This document shows positions 19,388 to 29,710 of a DNA stretch of 64,000 nt, in pieces. A program made the translations under genes and the position numbers. The notes under the pieces are model-generated. The model was given only the letters and a program-made list of their open reading frames with translations. It was not told the DNA's origin and ran no database searches. Location: NCBI GenBank assembly GCA_051313645.2, contig JBNRSN020000023.1, forward strand, positions 4,340,001 to 4,404,000, written 5' to 3'. How positions within the stretch are numbered: the first letter of the stretch is position 1; each line of letters opens with the position of its first letter. This stretch comes from Centroscyllium fabricii (taxonomy: Eukaryota).

Positions 19388-19667
19388 CTTAACTCTTCCT
19401 GTTGATCAGCACTAAGCTCAAACTCCACTGTAACAACAACCTAACCTGTGCCTTCACAAGCTCCTTTATTTATACTAGTGGGACAGCCTGCATTTCAACA
19501 GGGTCTGGTATGACCAATGATGATTGACAATCCCCGATAACCAGTCAGACTCTTTTATTTAAAACTCAATAGAAAAACACCATTATTTACAATATTTACA
19601 AAACAAAATAAAACCCCACATTACCGCGCTTGAGCCGCGGCAAACTCCCAAGCCCCAATGTCCACAA

Positions 19668-19830
19668 GGTAGGGGTCAAAGTTTCAAGCCCTCCTGCCTA
19701 CGAGGCAGGGGGTCAAAGTCACAAGTCCATATGCCCGCAAGGCAGGGGTAAAAGTCACAAGCCCTCATGCCCGCAAGGCAGGGGTCAGTACCACGAGTCC
19801 TCATGGCCGCAGGCAGGGTCCAAATTTTCC
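19668..19830. repeat. ~36-bp minisatellite, ~4.5 diverged units, in the Tx1 3' UTR
   Basis: Units like gcaggggt(c/a)aaagtcacaagccctcatgcccgcaag. Confidence 0.8.
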
Positions 19831-20020
19831 AAGCTTTCTGGTCTTCGTCACCCGCCCATCCGGACAGCGGGTCTCCGGGAAAACACACAGATGAGGGTCG
19901 GCGCTCTCAGCGAATGGCTGGTGCAGATCCGGCAGTCTCCGGTTGTCGATCCACTCCATCTGCCGGGCCCTCCGCATCGCCGAGCGGATCCTCCCACTCT
20001 CCTGGACAAGCGGCCTGCAA
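19828..20020 (-). pseudogene. Processed (exon3-exon4 fused) ferritin-derived segment inside the Tx1 3' UTR
   Basis: Manual ungapped alignment of 19828-19980 to local ferritin exons 3+4 gives 114/153 nt identical. AMRRARQMEWIDNRRLPDLHQPFAESADPHLCVFPETRCPDGRVTKTRKLG vs [51 protein letters not shown]. Confidence 0.9.
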
Positions 20021-20057
20021 AGAAGACTCAGAAACACTTGATTAACATAATCAAAAC

Positions 20058-23000
20058 TTAAACTAAGATCACCCCGGCCGGGGTGACAATGCACTCCAGC
20101 CCCCGCGGTGCCCACCGGTCCCGAAAAAGTTCGAGCGTGCCGGTGGACACCGCGTGCTCCATCTCCAGGGCCACCCGGGCGCGAACATAGCCGCGGAAGA
20201 GAGGCAGGCAATCGGGCCGAACCACCCCCTCGACTGCCCTCTGCCTGTTCCTGTTAATGGCCACCTTGGCCAGGCCCAGAAGCAGTCCCACGAGGAGGTC
20301 TTCCGACCTGCCCTCTCCCCTCCGCACCGGGTGGCCGTAGATCAGGAGCGTGGGGCTGAAGTGCAGCCAAAAGTTGAGGAGCAGCCCCTTCAAATAATGA
20401 AACAGGGGGTGCAACCTTTCGCACTCACTGTAAATATGGAACACGGTCTCCTCCAGGCCACAAAAACAGCACTCAGCCTGGGAATCCGTGAACCTACTTA
20501 ATAACTTGTTGCACGGGACTGCTCCGTGCAACACCCTCCACGCCAAGTCCCCAATAAATAAAGGGAGGACACCCGCATAGAGGGCACCCCAATGGGGACC
20601 TCCGCCTCCGCCGGACGCCAAGATGGCATGCCAGGGCGTGTCCGGACGGCAGGCGAAGAGGGCAAAGTGGAAAGTGTGCAGGAGCAGCCCGTACAGGAAA
20701 CGCCTCCGCGCAGAAACAAAAGGCACGGAGGGCATTTCCCCGAGACGGCTCAGGTTGTGAGGCGCCGGTTCCCGAGAGGGGTTTCGGGGCTTTGCGCCAA
20801 TGAGGAATTCCGGCCGAACGGGGGTCAGTTCGGACGGGATCTCCCCACGTGCCTGAGCCTCCTCGATACACCTAGTGGAGTCGGGGCCCAGTGCTGCTTG
20901 CAGTATCACGATGGAGTCGGATGCGCGCTGGATACTGGTCCAGGAGAGGCGATGCGCCAATTCCTCCGGCGCCATCCAGCCCGCTCCTCCGCCATCGAGC
21001 AGGTCCCCGACCCTGGTCACCTTGCCGGCCACAGCCCTACCCTCCGCCAGCCGCCCACGCCAGGGATCGCGGAGGTGCGGATTCCTGAGCAGCGGCTCCC
21101 GAAGGAGGGCCGCCGCTCCTGACGGGGGAGAACTCCGCCTGGAGGCGACACTGTTCCAAACCCACAGTAGTTCCTGGTAGAAGACAGGCAGCTCCCGCAG
21201 GTAGGCTCGCGTATGGCCTAATTCCACAAACAGGAGCTGCGTGTCGTAGTTGAGGCCGTGCAGCTGGCGGAAGAAAAACGTCGCCAACGCACACCATCGA
21301 GGAGGATTCTCATCGTTCAGGTATCTCTGCAGGGCCTGTAGACGGAAAGTCGCCGCCTGGGTGCGCAGGCACACCAGCGCCTGACCGCCCTCCCTAAGCG
21401 GGAGACACAGAACCGCGGCAGAGACCCAGTGCTTCCTTTTGCCCCAGAAGAAGTCAATGAGCCTCTTCTGCATCTTGGCGACAAACGCAGGGGGCGGGAT
21501 CAAAGTGACCAACCGGTACCACAACATGGCGGCCACCAGCTGGTTTATGACCAGCGCTCGACCCCTGTAGGACAGCACTCGGAGCAGTCCTGTCCAGCGT
21601 CCTAGGCGAGTGGAGACTTTGGCGTCCAGCTCTTGCCAGTTCGCCGGCCAGGCGTCCTCGGCAGGGCTAAGGTAGACTCCCAAGTAGAGGAGGTGCGTGG
21701 TGCTCCAGGCAAAGGGCCTGAACTCCTCCGGCAGGGAGTCCACCTGCCACTGGCCCACCAGGAGCCCGGAACATTTCTCCCAGTTGAACCTGGCGGAGGA
21801 TGCGTCAGAGTAAATCTGCTGACATTCCCGCATCCTCCGCAGGTCAGCGGGATCCGTGACCATGAGGAGCACGTCATCGGCGTAAGCCGAGAGGACAACC
21901 TCCACGCCCGGCCCTTGCAGAGCCAGTCCCGTCAACCTCTTCCGCAAGAGGCGCAGGAAAGGCTCCACGCAGATGGCATATAACTGACCGGACATGGGGC
22001 ATCCCTGACGCACCCCCCTCCCAAAGCGAAGGGGCGCCGTCAAAGACCCGTTAACCTTTATCAGACACTCCGCGGCGGCATACAAAAGTCGGATCCGGGC
22101 GACGAAATGCGTCCCGAACCCGAATGCGCGCAGAGTTCCGAAAAGATAGTCGTGATCCACCCTGTCGAATGCCTTCTCCTGATCCAGGGAAAGGAAGGCG
22201 ACTGACAGACCAGCCCTCTGGGAATGGTGGAGCAGGTCCCGGACCAGATGGATGTTATCGTGGATTGTCCGGCCCGGGACCGTGTAGGACTGGTCGGGAT
22301 GGATCATGTGGGCCAGCACGGTGCCAAGGCGGACAGACATAGCCCTGGCAAAAATTTTGTAGTCCGTGCTGAGGAGGGACACCGGGCGCCAGTTCTTTAG
22401 TAGGCGGAGGTCGCCCTTCTTAGGCAGCAGGACGATGACCGCCCTGCGCCAAGAGAGAGGCATCTCCCCGGTCGCCAGACTTTCTCCCAGGACCCGCGCG
22501 TAGTCGCCCCCCAAGACGTCCCAGAACGCCCTGTGGAACTCCATGGTCAGCCCGTCCAGCCCCGGGGACTTTCCCCTCGAGAGCTGGCTAAGGGCGCCCG
22601 TCAGCTCCGCCAAGCTTAGCGGAGCATCCAACTGCTTGGCGCCCCCCGGGCTGACCTTCGGCAGGTCCTCCCACAAAACTCTGCACGCAACCTCGCTGGA
22701 CGGATCCGCAGAGAACAGATCCCCGTAAAAGGCCCGGGTCTCCGCGTTGATCCCCTCCGGATCCGAGACCAGGGATGCGTCGTGGGCCAGCAGCCCCAAG
22801 AGCTGCTTACGGACCCCCCGTCTTTTTTCCAGCGAGTAGAAGAAGGGGGAGCCACGGTCCAGGTCCCGAAGGAACCGGATCCGCGACCTGACGTACGCGC
22901 CTCGGGACCCAACGAGCTGCAGGTCCTTCAGCGCTTCCTTCTTCTCTTCGTACACCTTCCGCAGGGCCGGGTCGTCGACAGCCTGACCGAGACGGGACTC

Positions 23001-23957
23001 CAGGTCGAGCACCTCCTTCTCTAACCGCCCGACCCGGGCCTCCCGCCTCTTGGTCGACCCCCTCGCGTACTCCCGACAGAAGAGACGGACGTGAGCCTTG
23101 CCCACGTCCCACCATAGACTCAAGGAGGGGAAGCCCCCCTGCTTCCTTCTCCAGTCGGCCCAGAACCGACGGAACGAATCCCCGAACCGCACGTCCTCCA
23201 GCAGCAGGTTGTTAAAATGCCAGTACGCGGACCCCCCCCCTGCGCACAACCGAGTGAGCTCCGCCCACACCAGGTGGTGGTCCGTGCACGGCACCGGCCG
23301 CATGGAAGCCGCCGGAACGCAGGAGACGTACGCCCGGGAAATGTAGAGGCGGTCGATTCTGGAACCTCCTCCTCCAGACTGCACGTGAGTGAAGGCGCTG
23401 GAGTCGGGATGGAGATTTCGCCAGACGTCCACCAAGTCGAGGGACCCGACCAGGTCCGTCAACTCCTCCATTGCCGCCCGGCAATGCGGGGGGCCCGAAC
23501 GGTCCCTCGCCTCGAGGGAGCAATTAAAATCCCCCACGAGAATGACGCACTCGCCGACGTCGATGGAGCCCAGAAGAGCGGACACTTCTTCAAAGAAGCG
23601 CACTTGCTGCGCACCGGCCTGAGGGGCATACACGTTCACTAGATGGAGCGGCATGCCCCCCAGGCGTACAGTGACCTGGAGCAAGCGGCCCGGCATGAGC
23701 TCCTTGACCCCCAAGATCTCCGGCTGAAAATGCGGGGCCAGCAAGATGGCCACCCCACTGGAAACTTTGGAGAGGTGACTCATGTTGACCCCCCCTTGCC
23801 ACTCCAGGAGCCACGTGGCCTCGTCCTCCGGAACGGTGTGGGTTTCTTGCAGGAAGCACACCGCATACTTCCCGTCCCGAAGGACCGAGAAGATGTCAAA
23901 TCTACGGCGCGCATCTCTGCTGCCGTTGACGTTGAGGCTGGCTATGGTTGTCTTCAT
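20058..23957 (-). CDS. Tx1 ORF2 (APE endonuclease + reverse transcriptase + CCHC), 1299 aa, intact
   Basis: SLNVNG, FLQETH, GDFN, RIDR, TDHH (APE); KSPGLDG, WRPVSLL, LDQEKAFDRV, GVRQGCPMSG, YADD (RT); CCFC..H...C. DRGSPFFY and LVWAEL are Tx1-like. Confidence 0.96.
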   Translation of the reverse strand: MKTTIASLNVNGSRDARRRFDIFSVLRDGKYAVCFLQETHTVPEDEATWLLEWQGGVNMSHLSKVSSGVAILLAPHFQPEILGVKELMPGRLLQVTVRLGGMPLHLVNVYAPQAGAQQVRFFEEVSALLGSIDVGECVILVGDFNCSLEARDRSGPPHCRAAMEELTDLVGSLDLVDVWRNLHPDSSAFTHVQSGGGGSRIDRLYISRAYVSCVPAASMRPVPCTDHHLVWAELTRLCAGGGSAYWHFNNLLLEDVRFGDSFRRFWADWRRKQGGFPSLSLWWDVGKAHVRLFCREYARGSTKRREARVGRLEKEVLDLESRLGQAVDDPALRKVYEEKKEALKDLQLVGSRGAYVRSRIRFLRDLDRGSPFFYSLEKRRGVRKQLLGLLAHDASLVSDPEGINAETRAFYGDLFSADPSSEVACRVLWEDLPKVSPGGAKQLDAPLSLAELTGALSQLSRGKSPGLDGLTMEFHRAFWDVLGGDYARVLGESLATGEMPLSWRRAVIVLLPKKGDLRLLKNWRPVSLLSTDYKIFARAMSVRLGTVLAHMIHPDQSYTVPGRTIHDNIHLVRDLLHHSQRAGLSVAFLSLDQEKAFDRVDHDYLFGTLRAFGFGTHFVARIRLLYAAAECLIKVNGSLTAPLRFGRGVRQGCPMSGQLYAICVEPFLRLLRKRLTGLALQGPGVEVVLSAYADDVLLMVTDPADLRRMRECQQIYSDASSARFNWEKCSGLLVGQWQVDSLPEEFRPFAWSTTHLLYLGVYLSPAEDAWPANWQELDAKVSTRLGRWTGLLRVLSYRGRALVINQLVAAMLWYRLVTLIPPPAFVAKMQKRLIDFFWGKRKHWVSAAVLCLPLREGGQALVCLRTQAATFRLQALQRYLNDENPPRWCALATFFFRQLHGLNYDTQLLFVELGHTRAYLRELPVFYQELLWVWNSVASRRSSPPSGAAALLREPLLRNPHLRDPWRGRLAEGRAVAGKVTRVGDLLDGGGAGWMAPEELAHRLSWTSIQRASDSIVILQAALGPDSTRCIEEAQARGEIPSELTPVRPEFLIGAKPRNPSREPAPHNLSRLGEMPSVPFVSARRRFLYGLLLHTFHFALFACRPDTPWHAILASGGGGGPHWGALYAGVLPLFIGDLAWRVLHGAVPCNKLLSRFTDSQAECCFCGLEETVFHIYSECERLHPLFHYLKGLLLNFWLHFSPTLLIYGHPVRRGEGRSEDLLVGLLLGLAKVAINRNRQRAVEGVVRPDCLPLFRGYVRARVALEMEHAVSTGTLELFRDRWAPRGLECIVTPAGVILV

Positions 23958-23989
23958 TACAAGAGCACAGTCTAAACCTCTACCTAAAC

Positions 23990-26035
23990 CTAACAGGAGG
24001 AGGGAGCGCGGTCGCTAGTCGTCCGCCACTCCCTTTCCAGCCCAGCGAGGAACTTCTCGATCCGACGCTGCTCGGCCGGGCTCCCGCCCTCAGCCGCGCC
24101 CATTGTTTTGGCGACGGCGCGGACGGAATTAATGAGCAGCGCCAGATCCGTCCACCTTTCGAGGGCCAGCCAGACTATATCTTGGCGACCCCGGCACGTG
24201 GCGACAAAATCCCAGAGATCCAAAGCGGGGACGAGGGGGGACCCAGAGGGGGGCACAAGGACATCCACCGCCTCACTGGCGTCGGTCCAACTCGCTCTCC
24301 GTGTCCTCCGTCGGGTCCCCGTCCTCCTCCGAGAGGTCGTCGTCCGCCGGCCCCTCCTCTGTCCCGGTCCCACCCCCAGGATCGGCGGCAGAGGATTCCT
24401 CACCGGGCTCCTCCGGAGATGCCAGGTCAGGCGGCGGCGGCCCGGGGCCTCCCTCCGACCCAGGCACCGGGGCACACGGGGAAACAGGGGAGAATATTAT
24501 TCCCAGTTCCCCCCCCACCCGCGGCGCCGGAGACGGAGTCGGGGGGGCTTCCCCCTCATTGCCACCAACCACCGACCCAGCAGACTGGGAAGTATCAAGG
24601 AAAAAGTTGACTATGTCGAGCAGGTCCTGGGAGACGTCCTGACTGTTTTCCACGGCCTCAGCCTCAATGGCCTCACCCACCCCAGTCCCCAGGGCGCCAG
24701 ACATGGACTTATGTTCTATTGGCTTCGCGATCCCCCCCACGGCGAGCGGGGCCCTTTCCCCGCCCCCGGGAGGCACAGATCGGACAGACTCATCTGTCGT
24801 TTCCTCCCGAGGGACAGGCAACTCCCGCTGAACGCCGATAGTGGGGAGGGACTCGGCACCGACAACAGACGATGATACCCCTCGCGAGGTGGGACCCCGC
24901 CTCTCGCGGCGCCCTTCCTCATCCCCCAGTGAGTTACGCCTCCTTTTTAGTGTGGAGGATCTGGAGACCTCCATAATCTCCGAGGCCTCCCCCTCCGTTC
25001 CCTCCTGCCGAGTGGGAGGCTTCTTGGATCCCTCGAGCCCTGGCCCGACCGCAGGCGTTGATTCGTCCGCTTCGGCGGTTGCGGTCATGAGCCCGGACAC
25101 TAGACCCCCCCCAGTCCCAGTCTCGGCAAGAAACTCTGCAAGAAATGTCTCTGAGATGGCTGGGAAGTCATCAATATCAGTCGACTCGCCCTGGGGAGCC
25201 GCCCGAAGGTGTTTTTTCTTCCTCCGCGCCTTCCTTCCAGTCGGACGCTCCCCCCACCCCCGTCGGAGGCCGCGACAGCGACAGCGTCGACCACTGCCAT
25301 CGACCGCGCATCAGGTGTCGTTGGCACGTTGACAGAAACGGTGGGAGGTGCGGCGGCGCCAGCCTGAGATGTTTTAGCGGCCTTGGAGGCGGGGCAGTTC
25401 TTTCTTATGTGCCCCACCTCTTTACAGGCGTGGCACCGCACTTCGTCCGAGCTCCAGAATATCCGATAGGTGGTCCCCTCATAACTGACACCAAACGCAC
25501 CCTCGGTGACCTCCTCCCGCGCCAACTGAAGGAAGAGCTGGCGCCGGAAGGAGAAGACGTGCCGGAGGCTGGCCTCCCTGCAGCCGAGCGGAATGGGCAC
25601 GATCCCCGACCTTACCTCCCCCAGGTGACGTAAATGGGGGAGGAGGAGCTCAACCGGAACAAAGGGCGGGACATTGGACAATACAATCCTCTGCGCGGTG
25701 GCCCCAAGAGGATCCACCGGCACGAAGGTCCCGCCCACGGTGAGCCCCTTGGTTATTGCCAGGTGGACCGCCCGCTCTGACCGCAGGAAGAACACAGCCT
25801 TCCCTTGCATTTTTGAGGCGGCGACGATGGCTGAAGGGCCGACCACTTCAGCCATGGCCTTTACGCACGCCTCAATGCTCATAGTGGGGTGAGCATAACA
25901 CTTAACCCCGTGTTTCCTGGTTATAAGGCGAAACGGTGATGGGGCAGCAAAACCAGCGGAAGGAGCTGTGGCCTTAGCTGCCACACTCGCATATGGTCTC
26001 GCTGACCCCGCCACCATTGATGGTAAACTCGCCAT
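23990..26035 (-). pseudogene. Tx1 ORF1 (zinc knuckle) broken by two frameshifts
   Basis: ORF pieces 25100-26035 (CHACKEVGHIRKNC), 24273-25100 and 23990-24475 together align with the single ORF1 at 53599-55743. Shifts fall near 25255 and 24285. Confidence 0.85.
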
Positions 26036-27090
26036 CGTGAGGGGGGGTGCTTATCGCACAGGGCTACGCTCCCGCCCCCCCCCAGTCACAGGCCTGCTGA
26101 TGGTAATAACGGCCTCTGTGGGTTTTATTTTGCTGGAGCAGAGGGAGCTTGGAAGGCCCTCCCTGGTGATGGTAAATAGGAGAGGGCCCTTCTCCCCTCC
26201 GCTCAATTGACACTTAAATCACAGAGTCTATGAAGTGCCCCTTTAAGAGACAGGCAGAGAGAGAGAGAGCAAGGGGCTGGGTCTCCACTCAAGGTGGTGG
26301 GTGGGTGTTTGCAGGGGTGCACTCTCTACTACAAACACAAAGTCTTTGATGGTCTTCTCGTGGGGGGAGAAGATGTCTTCACCTGGGAAACTGCTGAAGC
26401 TGCTCAGGCTTTAGTCCACCACCAGGTCTTAAACAAAACTTAATTGGGTGATATCTTCTCCTGGGCAGCTCCAGCTGTCCCAGGTCAAGCAATAGGGAAG
26501 GGTGTTTGTTAGTGGTGTGTGGGGCCTAGTTGTTGCATAAACCACACACACTCACACACACCCCTAGATGTTCTGTCACCCTCTTCTTTCCTCCCCCCAC
26601 TTAAACACAAAACCTTAAACACAAAGTCTCTGTGAGAGTGCACCTTTACACCAACCTGTCGATGTTTCCAATGACTCTCCCTCTTTCTGAACAGATGTAG
26701 GTTGTTCTTTTCCTCTTCTCTCTCTCTCCCTCCTGTAGTGGAGTCCAGTTGGGGAAGCAGTGCTGGAATAGCTTCCCTGTTGTTCCTTCTGGTCTCCCGG
26801 TCTCTCCTCTGGCACTCCAAAGGCTCACTGCTGCAGCAAAACACAGACTTCTCCTCTCCCTTCTCCACTGCAAAAAGACACAACCTCCTCTCAGCTGGCC
26901 AGACTCGTCAGGATCTTCCATGAATCCAGGCACCAATTAACAAAGGAGAGGGGGGTGGGGTTTGAGATACCCAGAGCCAATCAGAGCTTTGGAATACAGA
27001 GGTTTGGATGATGATTTTATGATGTCATTGCTGTTGGATTCTTTAACTTTGCTCAAATTGATCGGAAAGTGCCTCTTCTCTTTTGGTTAA

Positions 27091-27166
27091 TACTTTGCCA
27101 AGAGCTGTGACTTGAGCTCTGTAAATGTTGTTTTGTGTAAAATTGTTCAATTTGAAAATAAAAGAG
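27091..27166 (+). mobile_element. Short 3'-terminal fragment of another Tx1-like element
   Basis: Insert absent from type C promoters; AGAGCT..AGCTCT hairpin, T-rich, ends AAAATAAAAGAG like the other Tx1 termini. Confidence 0.55.
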
Positions 27167-27189
27167 CTTGGTTTTTTCAATCAGGAAGA

Positions 27190-27725
27190 TTAAATCATCA
27201 ATCGGGACCACCTAAGCCCTTAAACAATAAGTGCCCCCTCCATCCACCATGCTCAGCCTGGACCTGTGGGTAGCCACCTTGGCCAGGCCCAGGAGCAGAC
27301 CCACAAGGAGGTCCTCCGACCGGCCCACCTCCATCCAACACGGATGGCCAAAGACCAGGAGCGTGGCACTGAAGTGCAGCCAGAAGTAGAGGAGCAGCCC
27401 CTTCGAATAATGGAAGAGGGGCTGCAACCTCTCACAGTTAACATAGACATGAAACATGGACTCCTCGAGACTGCAAATGTTACAGGCAGCCTGGGAGACC
27501 ATGAATCGACTTGAAAACATATTTGAAGGGACTGCTCCGTGCAACGCTCAGCATGCCAGATCCCCAATGGAATAGGGGAAGACTCCCTCGTAGAGAGCCC
27601 GCCACTGCCACGGCGAGTCCGGTTGGGAGACGAGGGCATTGGAGTAGAGTGTGCGCAGGTGCGGCCCATACCGCCACGCAGAGTGGAATGGCACGGAGGA
27701 TATTTGCAAGAGTTGGCTGATAGAA
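27190..27725 (-). mobile_element. Old degenerate Tx1 ORF2 3' fragment (duplicated at ~33775-34315 and ~40515-40727)
   Basis: HGAVP..CNICSLEESMFHVYVNCERLQPLFHY.KGLLLYFWLHFS..EDLLVGLLLGLAK matches the ORF2 C-terminus. Confidence 0.88.
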
Positions 27726-28380
27726 TCACATCTTCAAAAAATATCTCAAAGAGCTCGATGAGTTTGCGAATGGAAATTCCACCCTGTAGATGGTGTCGAG
27801 CACAACCAGCTCTGAGTTAACCCGTCTCTTGGAGAATTGATGGGCATCTCGGTGGGCCCAGAATGAGTCCGTGATACCAAGGTTCACAATGTTGACCACA
27901 ATAGATTGAAAGAAACTGACCTGCACCAGACAGTCCGCAGTGAATCTGCAAACCAGCCCACAACGAGTTGGGGAAATGGAAAGTGGATCAGTGGGGAGCT
28001 TCAGACAGAATCTGTTGCTCCGTCACTGTAAAGTGCGATGTGGAGTTTTATCCCCATGAAATTTAAGAGCTGTAAAGTCCTGTGTTTAGTTTGCACTGTT
28101 TCCTCATCTCCTGCAAACCCCGGGTCTGTTGTGAGGAACGGTTTTAGACCTGAAAGGTCAAGAGTCTCGTGTTTTCTCGACCGATGCTGCCTGACCTGCT
28201 GAGTGTCTCCAGCGTTTTCCGTTTTTGTTTGAGATTTCCAGAATCTGCAGTATTTCGGTTTGTGTTCCTATCCTGTTGTAACTCTGGTCCAACTACCAAG
28301 CATTTAACAGAAGGACCACAAAGCCTCCAGAACAGAGAAGAGTGAATTACATAAAATGTACAGAAATAGGATGTTCCACC
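27726..28380. repeat. Intergenic spacer module repeated with the ferritin units
   Basis: Copies at 1-520 (partial), 6000-6187+10770-10804+12696-13140 (split by two LTR insertions), 27726-28380, 34330-35170, 40728-40920 (partial) and 46400-47090. Confidence 0.85.
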
Positions 28381-29710
28381 CAACCAGTTTGTGTTGGAGT
28401 TTATCTTCCACATCAACAATAGTCCTAATTCCATGTGCCTGCCCTGTTGCTATTCCATGGTATCTAATCTTGTTCAGGCAGGTATCCCCCATCCCCTGCC
28501 AGTCAAGCTAATATGTTATTTGTAGTCAGTCTAACCGTGTATAGCAGCTCACCCTGTCTGTTAGCTCAGCTCTTGAAAGAATATTTAATGAGCTCTTGTA
28601 CCTCAGTATTTTCAAATGGAGTTAATTCACATCCTTTAGGTGAACTATTTTTGAAGAATATTAATGGATGTTTAATTTGTGGAATCTTCAGGAAAACTAC
28701 TACCACAGTATTTGTGGGTTAAGGGCAGTGTTTCTGAACGAGTTGTGGTAATTAGAAAAACACCAAGTGAAATGTTGAAGATAATGGAAAGCAACTATTT
28801 GATTACAATGAACTGGTGGATCCTTGGAACAGTTAGTGATGCTGCAATTGGAGAGATCCGTTAAAATTGTTCAGTTGTGTGACGATGTCCAGGATAATTT
28901 TGCTTTAATATAATTTTTATTCTGACTAATTCTTTACCCAAGTGGTATATACTGCAGGTTGGTGAATAATTTTGTACAGTCTGGTGTTTTTACTCATTGG
29001 TAACAGTCTTCCTTGGAGTGATGCTAAACAAAAAAGACAGCCTGCCCACATTAATAGTCCAAAGTGGTCAATGTATACATTGTCACAAAGCTTCAACAAT
29101 CCAGTGAGTGACTTGTGCCATCAGTCTAATTCAAAGACTCCGAGTCCATCCTGCACCTTCCGTGGCCTGAGAGACGAGGGTGAGGCAGGAGGCCCAGCAG
29201 ATTCTTCACTCCCCCGACTGAAGAGAGTCAACACTGAAGGTATTAATTCAAACACCCAACTCTTGTTTTAAAAAGCACCACAACTGACATAGTTGGCAAG
29301 AAAACCTTCTTCCCCCTCCCAACCTGGAACTATTACCAAGGTTAGTTTCAGAAAAACCTTTATAAACCTCGGTGATCATTTGAAGATGTGGTCACTGCAT
29401 CCTGGGCAGGCACGGAATCATGTTCAGGAAGCTGAACTGGGAGGGACCTCTATAGGGTTAGGCATATAAGTAGTTTTAGCTTAATCATACATTACACAGC
29501 TGTGCATCATGCAGGGAGTGACCTCAGTAATCAAATCAGCTGCTTAATTATACAACAAAGACAAACCAGTTCAATGACGAATAACTTATTTCCATGTATT
29601 GTGACAGTTAGATGAGAAAACTGGGAAACAACCACAACCAAAGCATTCACCATTAGAAGTCTGTCACTTCATTTCCACCATGTATAGAACTAATGGTTCA
29701 ATAATCCCCA

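Larger units (their letters stand above)
19549..26906 (-). mobile_element. Full-length Tx1-clade non-LTR retrotransposon inserted in the ferritin copy 2 promoter
   Basis: Interrupts ccagtcag|gatcttcc (contiguous in copies 3, 5 and 6; gaatcttc in copy 4). Candidate TSD gtcag (19544-19548/26907-26911). 5' UTR, ORF1, ORF2 and ~510-bp 3' UTR ending AAATAAAAGAG. Confidence 0.93.

Noticed and set aside
19668-19830. 36-bp repeats as a CRISPR-like array
   Set aside because: Adjacent diverged units without unique spacers, in a eukaryotic retrotransposon UTR; no cas genes.
19801-20211. 136-aa ORF containing the ferritin-like peptide as a functional Tx1 'ORF3'
   Set aside because: It starts inside ORF2 in another frame, covers only part of ferritin, has prolines in the helices, has lost Q141, and a frameshift separates the EW motif. 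It is better read as non-coding UTR.
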